Source: Felis catus (Eukaryota). From it: a DNA stretch of 64,000 nucleotides. Numbering within the stretch: position 1 is the stretch's first letter; each line of letters opens with the position of its first letter. A program made the translations under genes and the position numbers. Below, one piece after another: positions 13,567 through 25,565 of the stretch. Location of the stretch: assembly GCF_018350175.1 (NCBI RefSeq), contig NC_058382.1, positions 61,444,001 to 61,508,000 of the forward strand, in the 5' to 3' direction. The notes beneath the pieces are model-generated. The model was not told where the DNA came from, did not search any database, and saw only the letters and a program-made list of their open reading frames with translations.

Positions 13567-14418
13567 CTGGCTCCGTACAGGGAGGGTGGGAAGGGAACAC
13601 AGGATGTGGAAGAAAAGACGATGAGAAGGGTGTCATGAGCCTCCCCTCGAGCACAGCTCTGCCATGTCAGGGTGGATGGCGAGTGCTCACTGCCAGCACG
13701 GCAAGGGAACGTTCCAACCATTACCAGCAAGACCACACAAAGGCACCAGCCGCTGTTTCCTGCTCTCAGAGAGCTCGCGTCTGGCAATGAGCCACCCCAC
13801 TAACCACTCAGCACGCCTGGGACCCTCTGCCACCCTCCCGGGTCCCCCTAGGAGAATAAAAGGGTCTAAAGAAAGATCTGAAGTGGGAAGGGGAAGAGTC
13901 TTAACTTTTGAGACTTAAAAAAAAATGTGAAATGACTTATGAGCAGCAAGACATCTTAAATGGACAGCTGCATTAAACACTTACAAATATTCACGGAGCG
14001 CGTCACGGGCCGCTGGGAGGGCTCTCCGGCGGCTCACAGCTTTTACAAAGTTTTTGAGGCTCTCAAAACAATGCATATGAACACCACACAGCATTCTGAC
14101 TTCTGCTTTACGTAAATATAGTTAACGCTTTTTTCTGTCATTCTTAGAAAAACATGATCTTCCCCTACCCCATTTGAAAGACCTCCTGCTCTATGCATAC
14201 CCACATGAACCAAGATCTAAATGACAGACTTTCCTTCACACAGTGACCTGCTTTGCTCCTGCTCTCACAAGGGCAGAGCATCACAGAGTAAGTACCTGCC
14301 AGTTAGCTCCCACCCTCAAGCTGCACCAGAAAGAAAAGGCTCAAACGCTCAGCTCAGAGTGAGCTTGGTGAGCACAGGCGACAGGCCTCAAGGGGCAGTA
14401 GAAACAAGGTGACGTTAC

Positions 14419-14478
14419 CTCTGTCACATCCCTGGCTGAAGACAGATCCTCGTAGAGGCCCATGTTTTCCAGAGAAAC
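14419..14478 (-). CDS. FANCA: FANCA exon 17 (60 nt)
   Basis: [20 protein letters not shown]; ag/gtaacg. Confidence 0.96.
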
Positions 14479-14584
14479 CTGCAGAGGAGACGTGTTTGGG
14501 GATGGGAGGACCAGGCAGGCGCTGGGCTCTGCGGGGAAAGGCTGAGGAAGGAGCCGTTGCTGGGGAGGGGAGGCCAGGACTCGC

Positions 14585-14680
14585 CTTCAGGTCGGCCAGG
14601 CGCGTCTTGGCCAGCGTGACATAGTCTGTGAGGAGGGAGCGGTACTTGCTTGGCACCAGCGGTGGGTGGAGAATGTGCGC
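14585..14680 (-). CDS. FANCA: FANCA exon 16 (96 nt; GC donor)
   Basis: [32 protein letters not shown]; donor AAG|gcgagt. Confidence 0.94.
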
Positions 14681-15266
14681 CTGTGGGCAGATGGCAGAGC
14701 AGGTGACACCAGCCCGTGAACTGCTGGTGACTTTCCGGGGAGGCAGCAACAGCCCGCTTCCGAAAGCTGCACTTGTTGGACGTCGGGAGGGTCCAAGGGT
14801 TAGCCAAAGACCCTGGGGGCTGAAGCCAGAGGTGGGACAGAATCCCAGGGTCTCTACCTGCTCCCACGGACATCCATGGAGCAGAAGAGGGCCAGAAGAG
14901 GCGTTCAGAAGAGGGCCATGCCAGGGAGAGCATGGGGTGGGGCCCACCCACAGAGCTGGCCCGTCACCCACCGCACCCCAGCGCCTCTGCTCAGGCACTG
15001 TCCTCCAGGGCTGCGGCTACAGCACCACCACAGCAGTGCCCAGGAGACAAGGGGTCAAGTCCCCACGGAAGGGTGGGAAGGAAGTTCTGGGCTTCACTCA
15101 GTGGCGGCAAGTTCTTTATTCTCCTTCCTCCATTCCGTCAGATGTATTCTTTGGAACGTAAGGCAAATGTCGTATTTACAAAAAAAGAAGTGAAAATCAG
15201 ACTCCAGGTGCCCTACCCGCCCAAAGAATGCTGGTTATAGTCATCTCATTTTAAAAAAGAAAGCTT

Positions 15267-15500
15267 GGGGCGCCTGGGTGGCTCAGTCGGTTAAGCGGCC
15301 GACTTCGGCTCATGTCATGATCTCGCGGTCCGTGGGTTCGAGCCCCGCGTCAGGCTCTGTGCTGACAGCTCAGAGCCTAGAGCCTGTTTCAGATTCTGTG
15401 TCTCCCTCTCTCTGACCCTCCCCCGTTCATGCTCTGTCTCTCTCTGTCTCAAAAATAAATAAGCGTTAAAAAAAACTTTTTTTTAATAGAATAAAATAAA
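15267..15500 (+). mobile_element. Young felid CanSINE
   Basis: Full length, TSD AAAAAGAAAGCTT. Confidence 0.95.
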
Positions 15501-16059
15501 AAAGAAAGCTTGCAGTAAGGCATTTTTAACAATGAGATTCGTATAGATTTGTTACTAAAAATGCACACTCAGGGCACCTAGGGGGCTCAGTTGGTTGAGC
15601 GTCCACCTTTGGCTCACGTCACGATCTCACATTTGTGAGTTCGAGCGCCACGTCGAGCTCGCTGCTGCTGGCGCAAAGCCCGCTTCGGATCTTCTGTCTC
15701 CCTCTCTCACTGCCCCTTCCCCGTTTGTGCACGCTCCCTCAAAATAAATAAACTTAAGACATTTAATAAAAAGATAATAAATTATGAAGGTCTTCCCCCC
15801 TGGAAGTAACGGACACGGGCACTTTGGGGTATATCCTTCCGGTTCTTCCTTGATATAAAAATGTATCATTTTATATGGTAACTGACTGGAGTTTAAATAA
15901 AACTTGAAGCTACAAAAAGAACAAAAAAGAAAAAATACCTATTTTAAAACTTTTTTTTTAATTTTTCTTAACGTTTATTTATTTTTAAGAGAGAGAGAGG
16001 AGGAGATAGAGCATGAGCAGAAGAGGGACAGAGAGAGAGGGAGGAAAAAAGACGTATCA

Positions 16060-16287
16060 TTTTTTTTTTTTTAATTTTTTTTTTCAATGTTTATTTATTT
16101 TTGGGACAGAGAGAGACAGAGCATGAACGGGGGAGGGGCAGAGAGAGAGGGAGACACAGAATCAGAAACAGGCTCCAGGCTCTGAGCCATCAGCCCAGAG
16201 CCCGACGCGGGGCTCGAACTCACGGACCGTGAGTTCGTGACCTGGCTGAAGTCGGACGCTTATCCGACTGCGCCATCCAGGCGCCCC
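16060..16287 (-). mobile_element. Young felid CanSINE
   Basis: Reverse orientation, flanked by duplicated AAAAGACGTATCA. Confidence 0.95.
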
Positions 16288-16571
16288 AAAAGACGTATCA
16301 TTTTAAAAGCACACACATGGGGCTGGACCGCACATGCACGTGCTCCTCCTGCTGAGCGGGGGCTGGGGACACCCTCCTGTGCCTGCAACAGACCCGCCCC
16401 ACCCTCTGCACGCGACACCGCGCTCACCGACCACCCGCCAGCGACACGCACCGGCTGGTTCCCGGGCGATTGACCGTCCCAAACGTGGCCCCGGTGCCCA
16501 GGGCACGATGACTTCCCTCCTTTGAGGCCTGCACGGAGGAGGGACACCCGGGCGGCTGGGACTGCACTCAC

Positions 16572-16682
16572 CTGCATGTACCGGGGCGCCTCAAAGGGCA
16601 CGAGGTCTGACAGGAACTTGAAGAGGAAGACCAGCGTCTTCTTGCTGCAACAGTGGGAGCCCCTTGAGCTCCCAAAGGAGGC
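16572..16682 (-). CDS. FANCA: FANCA exon 15 (111 nt)
   Basis: [37 protein letters not shown]; ag/gtgagt. Confidence 0.97.
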
Positions 16683-18066
16683 CTGGAGGGAGAGGCCGGC
16701 GTGAGGGCCAGGTGGCCGGTTCCACGAGGGGCTGTGCCCGCCACACAGTGATCTGTCACACGGCGCCTGGCAGCAGCCGTGCCTCCGCCACAGAAACAGA
16801 AACTCAACTGCAATGAAAGGGAAACAGAGCCGCCTGGGGCCCTGAAATCTTACGCTATGGCTCTGCCTGACTGAAGAGACGGGCTGAGGGGTTATTTAAA
16901 ACGACAAGTTATGGGGCACCTGCGTGGCTCAGTCGGTTAAGCGGCAGACTTCAGCTCAGGTCATGATGTCCGTGAGTTCGAGACCCGGGTCAGGCTCTGT
17001 GCTGACAGCTCAGAGCCTGGAGCTGCTTTGGTTTCTGTGTCTCGCTTGGTCTCTGCCCCTCCTCCACTCACACTTCGTCTCTTTCTCTCTCTCTCAAAAG
17101 TAAATAAACATTAAAAAAAAAAAAAACTTTAAAACAAAAAGGTAAAAATACATTCCTAGGGGAACCTGGGTGGCTCAGTCAGTTAAGTGTCTGACTTGGG
17201 CTCAGGTCATGATCTCGCAGTTCGTGAGTTCAAGCCCTGCATCAGACTCTGTGCTGACAGCTCAGAGCCTGGAGCTGCTTCGGTTTCTGTGTCTCCCTCT
17301 CTCTCTGCCCCTCCTCCGCTTGTGCTCTTTCTCTCTCAAAAATAAAAAATAAACATTAAAAAATTAAAAGAAAAATACACTCCTATAGGGGCACCTGAGT
17401 GGCTCAGTCAGTTGAATGTCCAACTCTTGGTTTTGGCTCAGGTCATGATCCCAGAGTTGTGGGATCGAGCCCCAAGTCAGGTTCTGCACTGAACAGAGAG
17501 CCTGCTTGGGATTCTCTCTCCCCCCATCTCTCTGTCCCCACCCCAGCTTCCTCTGAAATAAAAAAAATAAATAAATAGTACCATATATACACATTCCTAT
17601 AGAAAACAGTAACTGTGGCATCTTTTTGTGACCCTCGGAGGCACAGTGCATTAGCTCCCCTAACAAGGACCCTTTCCTAAACATACACATTCTACATGAT
17701 GAAGCCACTTCTGAACACACAGAAACTCTCACTCTTCTGTGAGGAGACAACGTCACTGCAGGGGAAGTGGCCAAGGAGGACAACTCCTCAGGACACCGAA
17801 CCCAGCTTTCTTGGGAGGGAACCGAGGGCTCCCAGGGAGTGTCGGGAATTCCAGAACGGCCAATGGACCCGAAGAGCCAGTGAGCCTCTGCCAAGAGAAC
17901 CCAACACCCAGCCACACCGGGTCCCGCCTCAGCCCAGCCCACCAGAACTATGCAGCCACTGCTCCTGTGGCGGGAGGCCGGCCAAGCACTTCTGTCAGAG
18001 CACACAACATACCTGTGTGGGAGGAGGGCGCAGACAGACAGGCAGACACAAAAAGCCACCAGATAC

Positions 18067-20790
18067 GGGGAAGATGGCGGAGTAGGAGGGCCCGAGACTC
18101 CCCTCGTCCCACGAACACAACGAGGTAACTATCAAACCATCCCAAGTGCCCCAGAAATCAACCTGAAGACCGGCAGAACGAGAAGAGATGTGCTTTGGGA
18201 GAGAAACAGATGACGGCCACTGTGCCGGGACGGAGCCGCCTCTGCAGGGAAGGGTGAGGACAGAATGCACACAGGGAGCTCACGGGAAGACGGAGCCCCG
18301 CAGCAACTGGCTCGGAAAGCGAGAGGGCCCATTCAAGTTCTTGCAAACAGCAGGGCTTCAGGCCTAGAGTTCTAAAGGGCAGGGGCTTGGCTCAGGGAGA
18401 GCCCGGAAGGCACTGTGCTGCTCCTGGAGAGGAGGCAGGCCAACAGCCCAGGGACCGGAGCCATGGAAACCACGATCTGAAGAGACCTGAAGAGCCCCCG
18501 GAGCACACAGGGCGAGGTGATTTGCTCATCTCAGAGGGCTGGGCCCAGAGAGACCACGTTCACAGAGAGACCCCCTTCAGGAACAAAGACTTGACAGGCG
18601 CCACCTCCCTCCCGCCCCTCAGCACAAGCACAGGGACGCCTGCGGGAACCAGCGGAGTCGGGCACCACTTGCTTCCTAACTCGCTCACACCAAACGCTCA
18701 GCCCCCGCCCTCCCACCCCGTCACCTCCGCCACAGGCTCCAGCGCAGCTGCCCTTCCCAGCAGGCCCCCTTCCCCCAGAAGACCGGCCCAAACCCCTGCT
18801 CACACCGCTGTCTCGCCACCAGGGAGTTTTGCGAGGCCTCGCTTCCACGATCTCATTTCACAAGCAGACCAGAGCACCGCTACTTAAAACGCGCCACATT
18901 CAGACCAATCACTGCCCACAAGAGGCAGAGCCTCTGCAGACAACTGGCCTGAAGGATAAAGCAGCCAGGACACAACAGCAGAGCACACGCTGCACACACT
19001 GGGGACACTTGCTGAGCGCCCTGGGGACAGGAGACATGACACTGAAGGGCAGTCCGGGACCTCTTCAGAAGGCCGTTACCCTCAAGATCAGGAGACTGAC
19101 TTTCCTAACACACAGAAGTAGGTGCAGAGACTTAGACAAAATAAGGAGACAAAAGAATCTGTTCCAAATGAAAGGACAGGACAAGACCACAGCTGGAGAT
19201 CGAAGTGAGGCAACTGTAAGTAACATGGCTGATGGCCAATTTAAGCAACAATCCTAAGGATACTCACGGGACTTGAGAAAAGAGTGGAGGACATCAGTGA
19301 GACCATTAACACAGACATAAGGAATAACAGCAGAAATAAAGGGTTAAATTAAAAAAAAGAAAGAAACACACACACTAGATGGAATGAAGGGCAGGCTGGA
19401 AGAAGCAGAGGAATGAATCAATGACCTAGAAGACAGAGTAATGGAAAGCAACGAAACTCAACAAAAGAGAGAAAGAAAAATTATGCAACATGAACACAGA
19501 CTTAGGGAACTCAGTGACTCCTTCAAATGTAATAACATTAGCATTAAAGGTGTCCCAGAAGAAAAAGAGTGAGAAAAGGGAGCAGAGAATTTCTTTGAAG
19601 AAATAATAGCTGAAAATGCCCTTAATCTAAGGAAGGAAATAGATAACCAGATTGAAGAGGCACATCAAAGATCCATCAAAATCAACAAAAGCAGATCCAC
19701 ACTAAGACATATTGTAATTAAATTTGCGAAATATAGTGAGAAAGAAAATATTTTAAAAGAACCATAACAGAGGAAGACTGCTACATACAAAGGAAACCCC
19801 ATAAGGCTTTCAGAACATTTTTCGGCAGAAACTTTCCAAGCCAGAAGGGAGGGGCTTAGTATATTCAAAGTGCTGAAAGGGAAAATTCTTCAACCAAGAA
19901 TACTCTATCCAGCAAGGGATACTCTATTCATATACTCTATTCAGAATAGAGGAAAAGGGGCACCTGGGTGGCTCAGTCGGTTAAGCATCCGACTTGGGCT
20001 CAGGTCATGATCTCATGGTTCGTGAGTTTGAGCCCCACATCAGGCTCTTTGCTGACAGCTAGGAGCCTGGAGCCTGCTTCAGATTCTGTGTCTCTCCATC
20101 TCTCGGCCCCTCCCCTGCTCACGCTCTGTGTCTGTCTCTCAATAATAAATAAATGTTAAAAAGAATTTTTTTTTAAACGGGCAGAAGACATGAACAAACC
20201 TTTCTACAAAGACATACAGATGGCCATCAGACACATGAAAAGATGCTCAACATCACTCATCATCAGGGAAATGCAAATCAAAACTACAATGAGATACTAA
20301 CTCACACCTGTCAGAATGGCTAAAATTAACAACACAAAAAACAATGGGTGTGGGAGAGGATGTGGAGAAAAGGGGAACAATTTGCATAGTTGGTGAGAAT
20401 GCAAAATGGTGCAGCCGCTCTGGAGAACAGTGTGGAGGTTTCTCAAACAGTTAAAAATAGAATTACCCTACTACCCACCAATCACACAACTAGGTTATTT
20501 ATCCAAAGGCTACAAAAATGAGTATTCAAAGGGGTACGTGCACGCCAATGTTTACAGTAGCATTATCTACAACAGCCATTATGGAAAGAGCCCAGATGTC
20601 CACGGAATGATGAGTGGATAAAGAAGATGTGGTACATACACCACAGACATTACTGAACCATCAAAAAGAATGAAATCCTGCCGTTTGCAAAGACGTGGAT
20701 GGAGCTAGAACATATTATCCTAAGCAAAATAAGTCAGTCAGAAAAGACAAATACCATCTGATTTCATCCATATGTGGAATTTAGGAAACA
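18067..20790 (+). mobile_element. Carnivore L1 with 5'UTR, degraded ORF1 and the ORF2 3' end; most of ORF2 missing
   Basis: Starts GGGGAAGATGGCGGAGTAGG, then a GC-rich 5'UTR, ORF1-like sequence at about 19140-19955, a SINE at 19957-20162, and ORF2 C-terminal sequence ([21 protein letters not shown]) at 20175-20790. Confidence 0.9.
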
Positions 20791-22636
20791 GAGGTGCCTG
20801 AGGGCTGAGTCAGTTGAGGACTGCCCCCACATCACTATTCAGGTCCCACCCAAGTACAGGGCCACCAACTCCCTCCTCTAAGGTGTCTGTCTACACAGAA
20901 GGGTTACCGACCCTTGGCAACATCCGTTCAAATCAAGAGTGAGCCTCAATGACACCCTGGAAACAGGAAGAAAAACAAGCCACCACTCAGTCACTTGAGC
21001 GTCTGACTCTTGATTTTGGCTTAGGTCATGATCTCATAGTTCGAGGGTTTGAGTTCCACATGGGGCTCCATGCTGACAGTGTGGAGCCTGCTTGGAATTC
21101 TCTCTTGCTCTCTCTCTCTTTCTCTCTGCCTGTTCCCTGCTCGAAGATGTTCTCTAAATAAATAAAGAAACAAGTAAAAAAATTTAAAAATTAAAAAAAA
21201 AAGCCACTAGAGGAGACCCACAGCTTATTCGAAGTATTTATGTCAAGTACCTAAAATAACACACACACCTCCGAATCTGGGGTTACAACAGCATTTAGTG
21301 TCACTCCAGAGAAAAAAGTTTTTTTCATTAGAAAAATTACATCTAAGTACATACCATGATCAGCTAAGAACCGTAATTCAGGACCCCAAAGGGCTCAAAT
21401 TTAAAATCATCACATTGGCCTATTTACATTAACACTCTTGAAAATAAAGATTAAAACATATCTTTAAACACTGAACATACACTTAAACATCTGTCAAACT
21501 CGCACAAGCATTCACCTAAATTGGCTACATTTTATGTAAATTCTATCTCCATAAACTTGATTTAAAAGGTAAAAGGAAAAACAAAACAAAAAAACAAAAA
21601 ACACACAATCAACACAGCACTTCCCAAGCATTCCTGTCCATGTGTTGTCCCGAGAAGTGGGCAAAACCCAGGCCAGGGGATACCTGGTTGTGACTGAATC
21701 ACCTAGGCACAGCAGACACAGGAAACAGGCCGGTGTGACCACAAAGGGTCCCCTGGCTGTGGACACTGCCAACAGCCCCACGTGCGTCCCATGGGTGCTC
21801 CTGGGCCGACAGCCCACTGCTGGGGGAGCACAGGGCCGACCGGAATCAGCTCCAAGGAATAAAAGAACAAAGAAAGAACCCCACAACCACCGTGCTGTAC
21901 CAATGCCCCAGGCAGGGGCCAAGCCAGGCTCTCCGGGTGTCTGTGCAGGTGCAGCTACTGCTCAGAACTGGAGGAAGATGGGCTCCCCACAAACCACCAC
22001 CAACTACACCACCCCGGCAGCATGGCAAGAAAACCCAAAACCTCAACAAAGAATGAGATAGCTTTTTTTGGGGGGGTGGGGGTGCAAGTAAGGGACGGGT
22101 AGAGAGAGAAGCGGGGCTCACCCAGGGTGTGAGCTCATCCGAAGTGGGACTCGAACTCACGAACCTTGAGATCATGACCTGAGCTGAAGTCAGACACTTA
22201 ACTGACTGAGCCACGCAGGCGCCCAAATTAGATAGCCTTTTAAATGACAGATTTACACACACCCAACCTTCAAAGTTGATGTCTGGAAGATGCCGTCTCC
22301 GAGGCGAGACTCGGCAGGCCGTGCACAGCTGCACAGATGTGGTGGAAACAAAGAGAAGACCGCGCGGAAGGTGAGGGGCACCCTTCTGGGATGAGCACAC
22401 TGTGCCAAGAGCAGTGGGCACATTTGTTTTCCTGGTTTCCTGACCGCACTCCCGTGCTCGGAGACCTGACTGGGCAGGCAAGGAGGCCATGAGAGGAGGG
22501 AGCAAAGCCCAGACAGAGCAGCACGGGGCTCCGGCGGGGGGAGGGCGGGGAGAGGAACAGACCTGACCCACAGAGTGCGTCTGTTCCTAGGACGGCGAGT
22601 CAGAGACCCCCCAGTGGCTGCTGGGGGGCAGCTCAC

Positions 22637-22770
22637 CTGGAACCAGTCTGCATAGGACGGGAACACAGATGGGCCCTCCAGCGCAGCCTGACGCACAACC
22701 AGGAACGCAGTGACCATGCTGTCCAGGTCGCAGTTCTCGAACGCACGGGCCAGCAATCGGGCCACCCAAT
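22637..22770 (-). CDS. FANCA: FANCA exon 14 (134 nt)
   Basis: [45 protein letters not shown]; ag/gtgagc. Confidence 0.97.
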
Positions 22771-23107
22771 CTAGGAGGGAACGACCCCAGTCACAGTTGG
22801 CAGACAAGGGCATCGGCAAAGAAAACGCGGACGTCCCGCCAGGGATAGGGCACGGCAGTCAGGAGAACACGCACGCGCAGTGCCCAGTTCAAGAGCCTGG
22901 GTAACGAGTGACCCCAAGAGCCAAACACTGATCACGGGAGGCTGTAGCAAGCAGATCGCCACCATGGGAGGCGGACCAAGGGCACAGACAAAAAGACACA
23001 GGGCGCCATCGAGGCCGGTGAGCGGAGCCCGCATTCCACGGACAGGCTCACCCACAAACTACAGGACACGCACGCACACGCAGCGCACGGCTCCCACCCA
23101 GGTGCAC

Positions 23108-23249
23108 CTTTAACCAGCTGCTGCGCCTCGGGTAAGCAGATCACCAGTGTGGACACGCAGGAGAGCACATGCTGCCAGTTCACCTCGTGTGTTTCCAGAA
23201 CTTCCTGCAAATGGCCAACTAGCTCCTCTGGACTTAGCATCGTGAAGAG
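23108..23249 (-). CDS. FANCA: FANCA exon 13 (142 nt)
   Basis: [47 protein letters not shown]; ag/gtgcac. Confidence 0.95.
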
Positions 23250-23526
23250 CTGAAAGAAGTGTCAAAACAAGCCGCTCGTCAGGCGGTGGGGCCTCAGCCC
23301 CGTCCCACTTCCCGTCAGACACGACGCGGGGGCGACACGTGTGGGCAGGTGAGGAGGCGCTCTGCCCGAGCGAGACGTCCGGTCTCGGGGCCCCCCGGGT
23401 CCAGGTGTGGATGGCGGGGCCCACGGAGCCCCCTGGCCTCTCTCCCCGGGCCGGGAGCCACAGAGGCTCGCGGCAGCAGTGCCTCCTGGCGCAGGGGGCA
23501 TCCGGTCTGAGCGCGGCGACACCCAC

Positions 23527-23603
23527 CCTGCGGTACAGGCCGGTGAGCAGAGGGTGGGTCTTCGCAAAGCTCCACTCTTTCTGCATCTGAACAGCATCAG
23601 AAA
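23527..23603 (-). CDS. FANCA: FANCA exon 12 (77 nt)
   Basis: [26 protein letters not shown]; aag acceptor, gtgggt donor. Confidence 0.95.
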
Positions 23604-23982
23604 CTTCATTCAAGAACGAGAAGAGACAAAGAGGTCAAGTCAGTAATCATGAAAAGCTGTGCCTTGGCTCAATGTCAAAAAAACCTGGTTTAATTTGTAT
23701 TTTTCAATTGTTGCCTGAGTTCACCATTTCCCTGTTTTCCCCATTTTCTATCAAATGCTTGTATCTTTGGCCCAGCTCCTTGACGATAATCTTCATCGTA
23801 TCTGCTATGGTTTCTAATCCATTAGTTACATTTTAACTTTGCTCCTTTACACCCTGTGTCATTAAGCAATCACTGAGGACACTGCTGAAAGGGTAGCTGA
23901 CCGGAGCAGGCCCTTCAGAAAGTATAACACAGCACCTGCTGGAAACATCCCTGCATCCCTCCCTGGGGCAGGACCTCCCCTG

Positions 23983-24440
23983 AGGACACACCGCTGCTGG
24001 AGGACCCCCCTTCCCCCCGAGGACACGCGGCTGCTGGAGGAACCCTCCCTGCCCCCCCCCCCCCCGCCAGGACATACTGCTGCTGGAAGAACCTCTCCCG
24101 TCCAGGACATACTGCTGCTGGAAGAACCTCTCCCGTCCCCCCAGGACACAATGCTGCTGGAGGAACCCTCCCCCCGCCCCAGGACACACCGCTGCTGGAG
24201 GAAGCCCCCCCACCGAGGACACACAGCTGCTGGAGGACCCCCCTTCCCCCCGAGGACACGCGGCTGCTGGAGGAACCCTCCCTGCCCCCCCCCCCCCCCC
24301 CCCCCCCCCGCCAGGACATACTGCTGCTGGAAGAACCTCTCCCGTCCCGCCAGGACACACTGCTGCTGGAGGAACCCTCCCCCCGCCCCAGGACACACCG
24401 CTGCTGGAGGAAGCCCCCCCACCCAGGACACACCGCTGCA
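23983..24440. repeat. GC-rich minisatellite, about 35-55 bp unit AGGACACACCGCTGCTGGAGGAACC(C)n, about 11.5 copies, FANCA intron 11
   Basis: Directly visible tandem units with variable poly-C runs. Confidence 0.97.
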
Positions 24441-24801
24441 CATAGAAAAAGCCTACTGGGCAAGGTTTTCATTTTCACCTCCTGAGTACCAGTGAAAACT
24501 TGCAAACACTGTCACCGAACAGATGGTGACACCAACCACAGGACACCCATTGGAGGATGATATGCCGTTAACCACTTTTAAGAAAAGCATATAGGGGCCT
24601 GGGGGGCTCCAACTCTTGATTTCAGCTCAGGTCATGATCCCAGGGTGGTGGGATCAGCCCTACGTCAGGCTTTGCACTGACAGTGTGAAACCTGCTTGGG
24701 ATTCCCTGTCTCCCTCTCTCCCTGCCCATCCCACACACACGCTCACTCTCTCTCTCTCAAAAAAAAAAAAAAAAACAAAAAAAAACAGCAGCATGTAATT
24801 A

Positions 24802-25129
24802 CAACTGAATCTTAAACAGCACGGATTTGAAACGTGTGTGGGCCTACCTACATGCAGTTTTTTCCTGATAAATACAGTGTAATACCGTACATTTACTCTC
24901 TCATGATGTCTGAGTATTATTTCCTCCAGCTTACTTTACCATAAGAACACAGTACATAACCCATGTACCGTACAAAATCTGTATTAATCGACTGTTTCTG
25001 TTACCTGTAAGGCTTTGGTCAACAGTAGGCTGTTAGGAGTTAAGTTCTGAAAAGTCAAAGGCTACCCGCAGATTTTCAACTGCACGTGGAGTCAGGGTCC
25101 CCAACCCCACATCATTCAAGGATCAACTG
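24802..25129. mobile_element. Tigger2-like (TcMar) DNA transposon fossil
   Basis: Degenerate TIRs caactgaatcttaaaca...ttcaaggatcaactg resemble CAGTTGACCCTTGAACA; TA on the left flank. Confidence 0.7.
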
Positions 25130-25452
25130 TGCATAAGAAAACGCCTATGTGATTTATTAAAACAAAACCTAGTAATTTACTCTGATAACTAGATTTTCAT
25201 GATCTACTGAGAAAAGACCACAAGAAAAGTTTTGCGTTAAAGATATTTCTATTGTGGTGACAATATGGCTGATGGGTGACAGTTCTCCTTCCCCTACTTT
25301 GTTAGTACTGAGCTTTTTTAATGAGCATGTGTAACTTTCAAATGAAGATGTTCGATGATAACGTGTCCTCATGCTCTCGAATCATCTCAGAGTCCTGCCA
25401 TCTGGGCCCAAGCTCCCATCGGGAGCCAAACAACCTGGGCTCTGGAACCTAC

Positions 25453-25565
25453 CTCTCAGCACAGGCTTGTGGGTTAGCACCTGAGTCAGAGTATGACTGA
25501 AAAATCTCTTAGGAGAATCTGTCGAAATCATTCTGTCATATGTGTGTCCACAGAACACGCCGAAC
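25453..25565 (-). CDS. FANCA: FANCA exon 11 (113 nt)
   Basis: [37 protein letters not shown]; ag/gtaggt. Confidence 0.96.

Noticed and set aside
23833..24505. Three ~200-aa minus-strand ORFs with repetitive peptides, and a superficially CRISPR-like repeat
   Set aside because: All are translations of the minisatellite. There are no unique spacers or cas genes, and the context is a mammalian intron.
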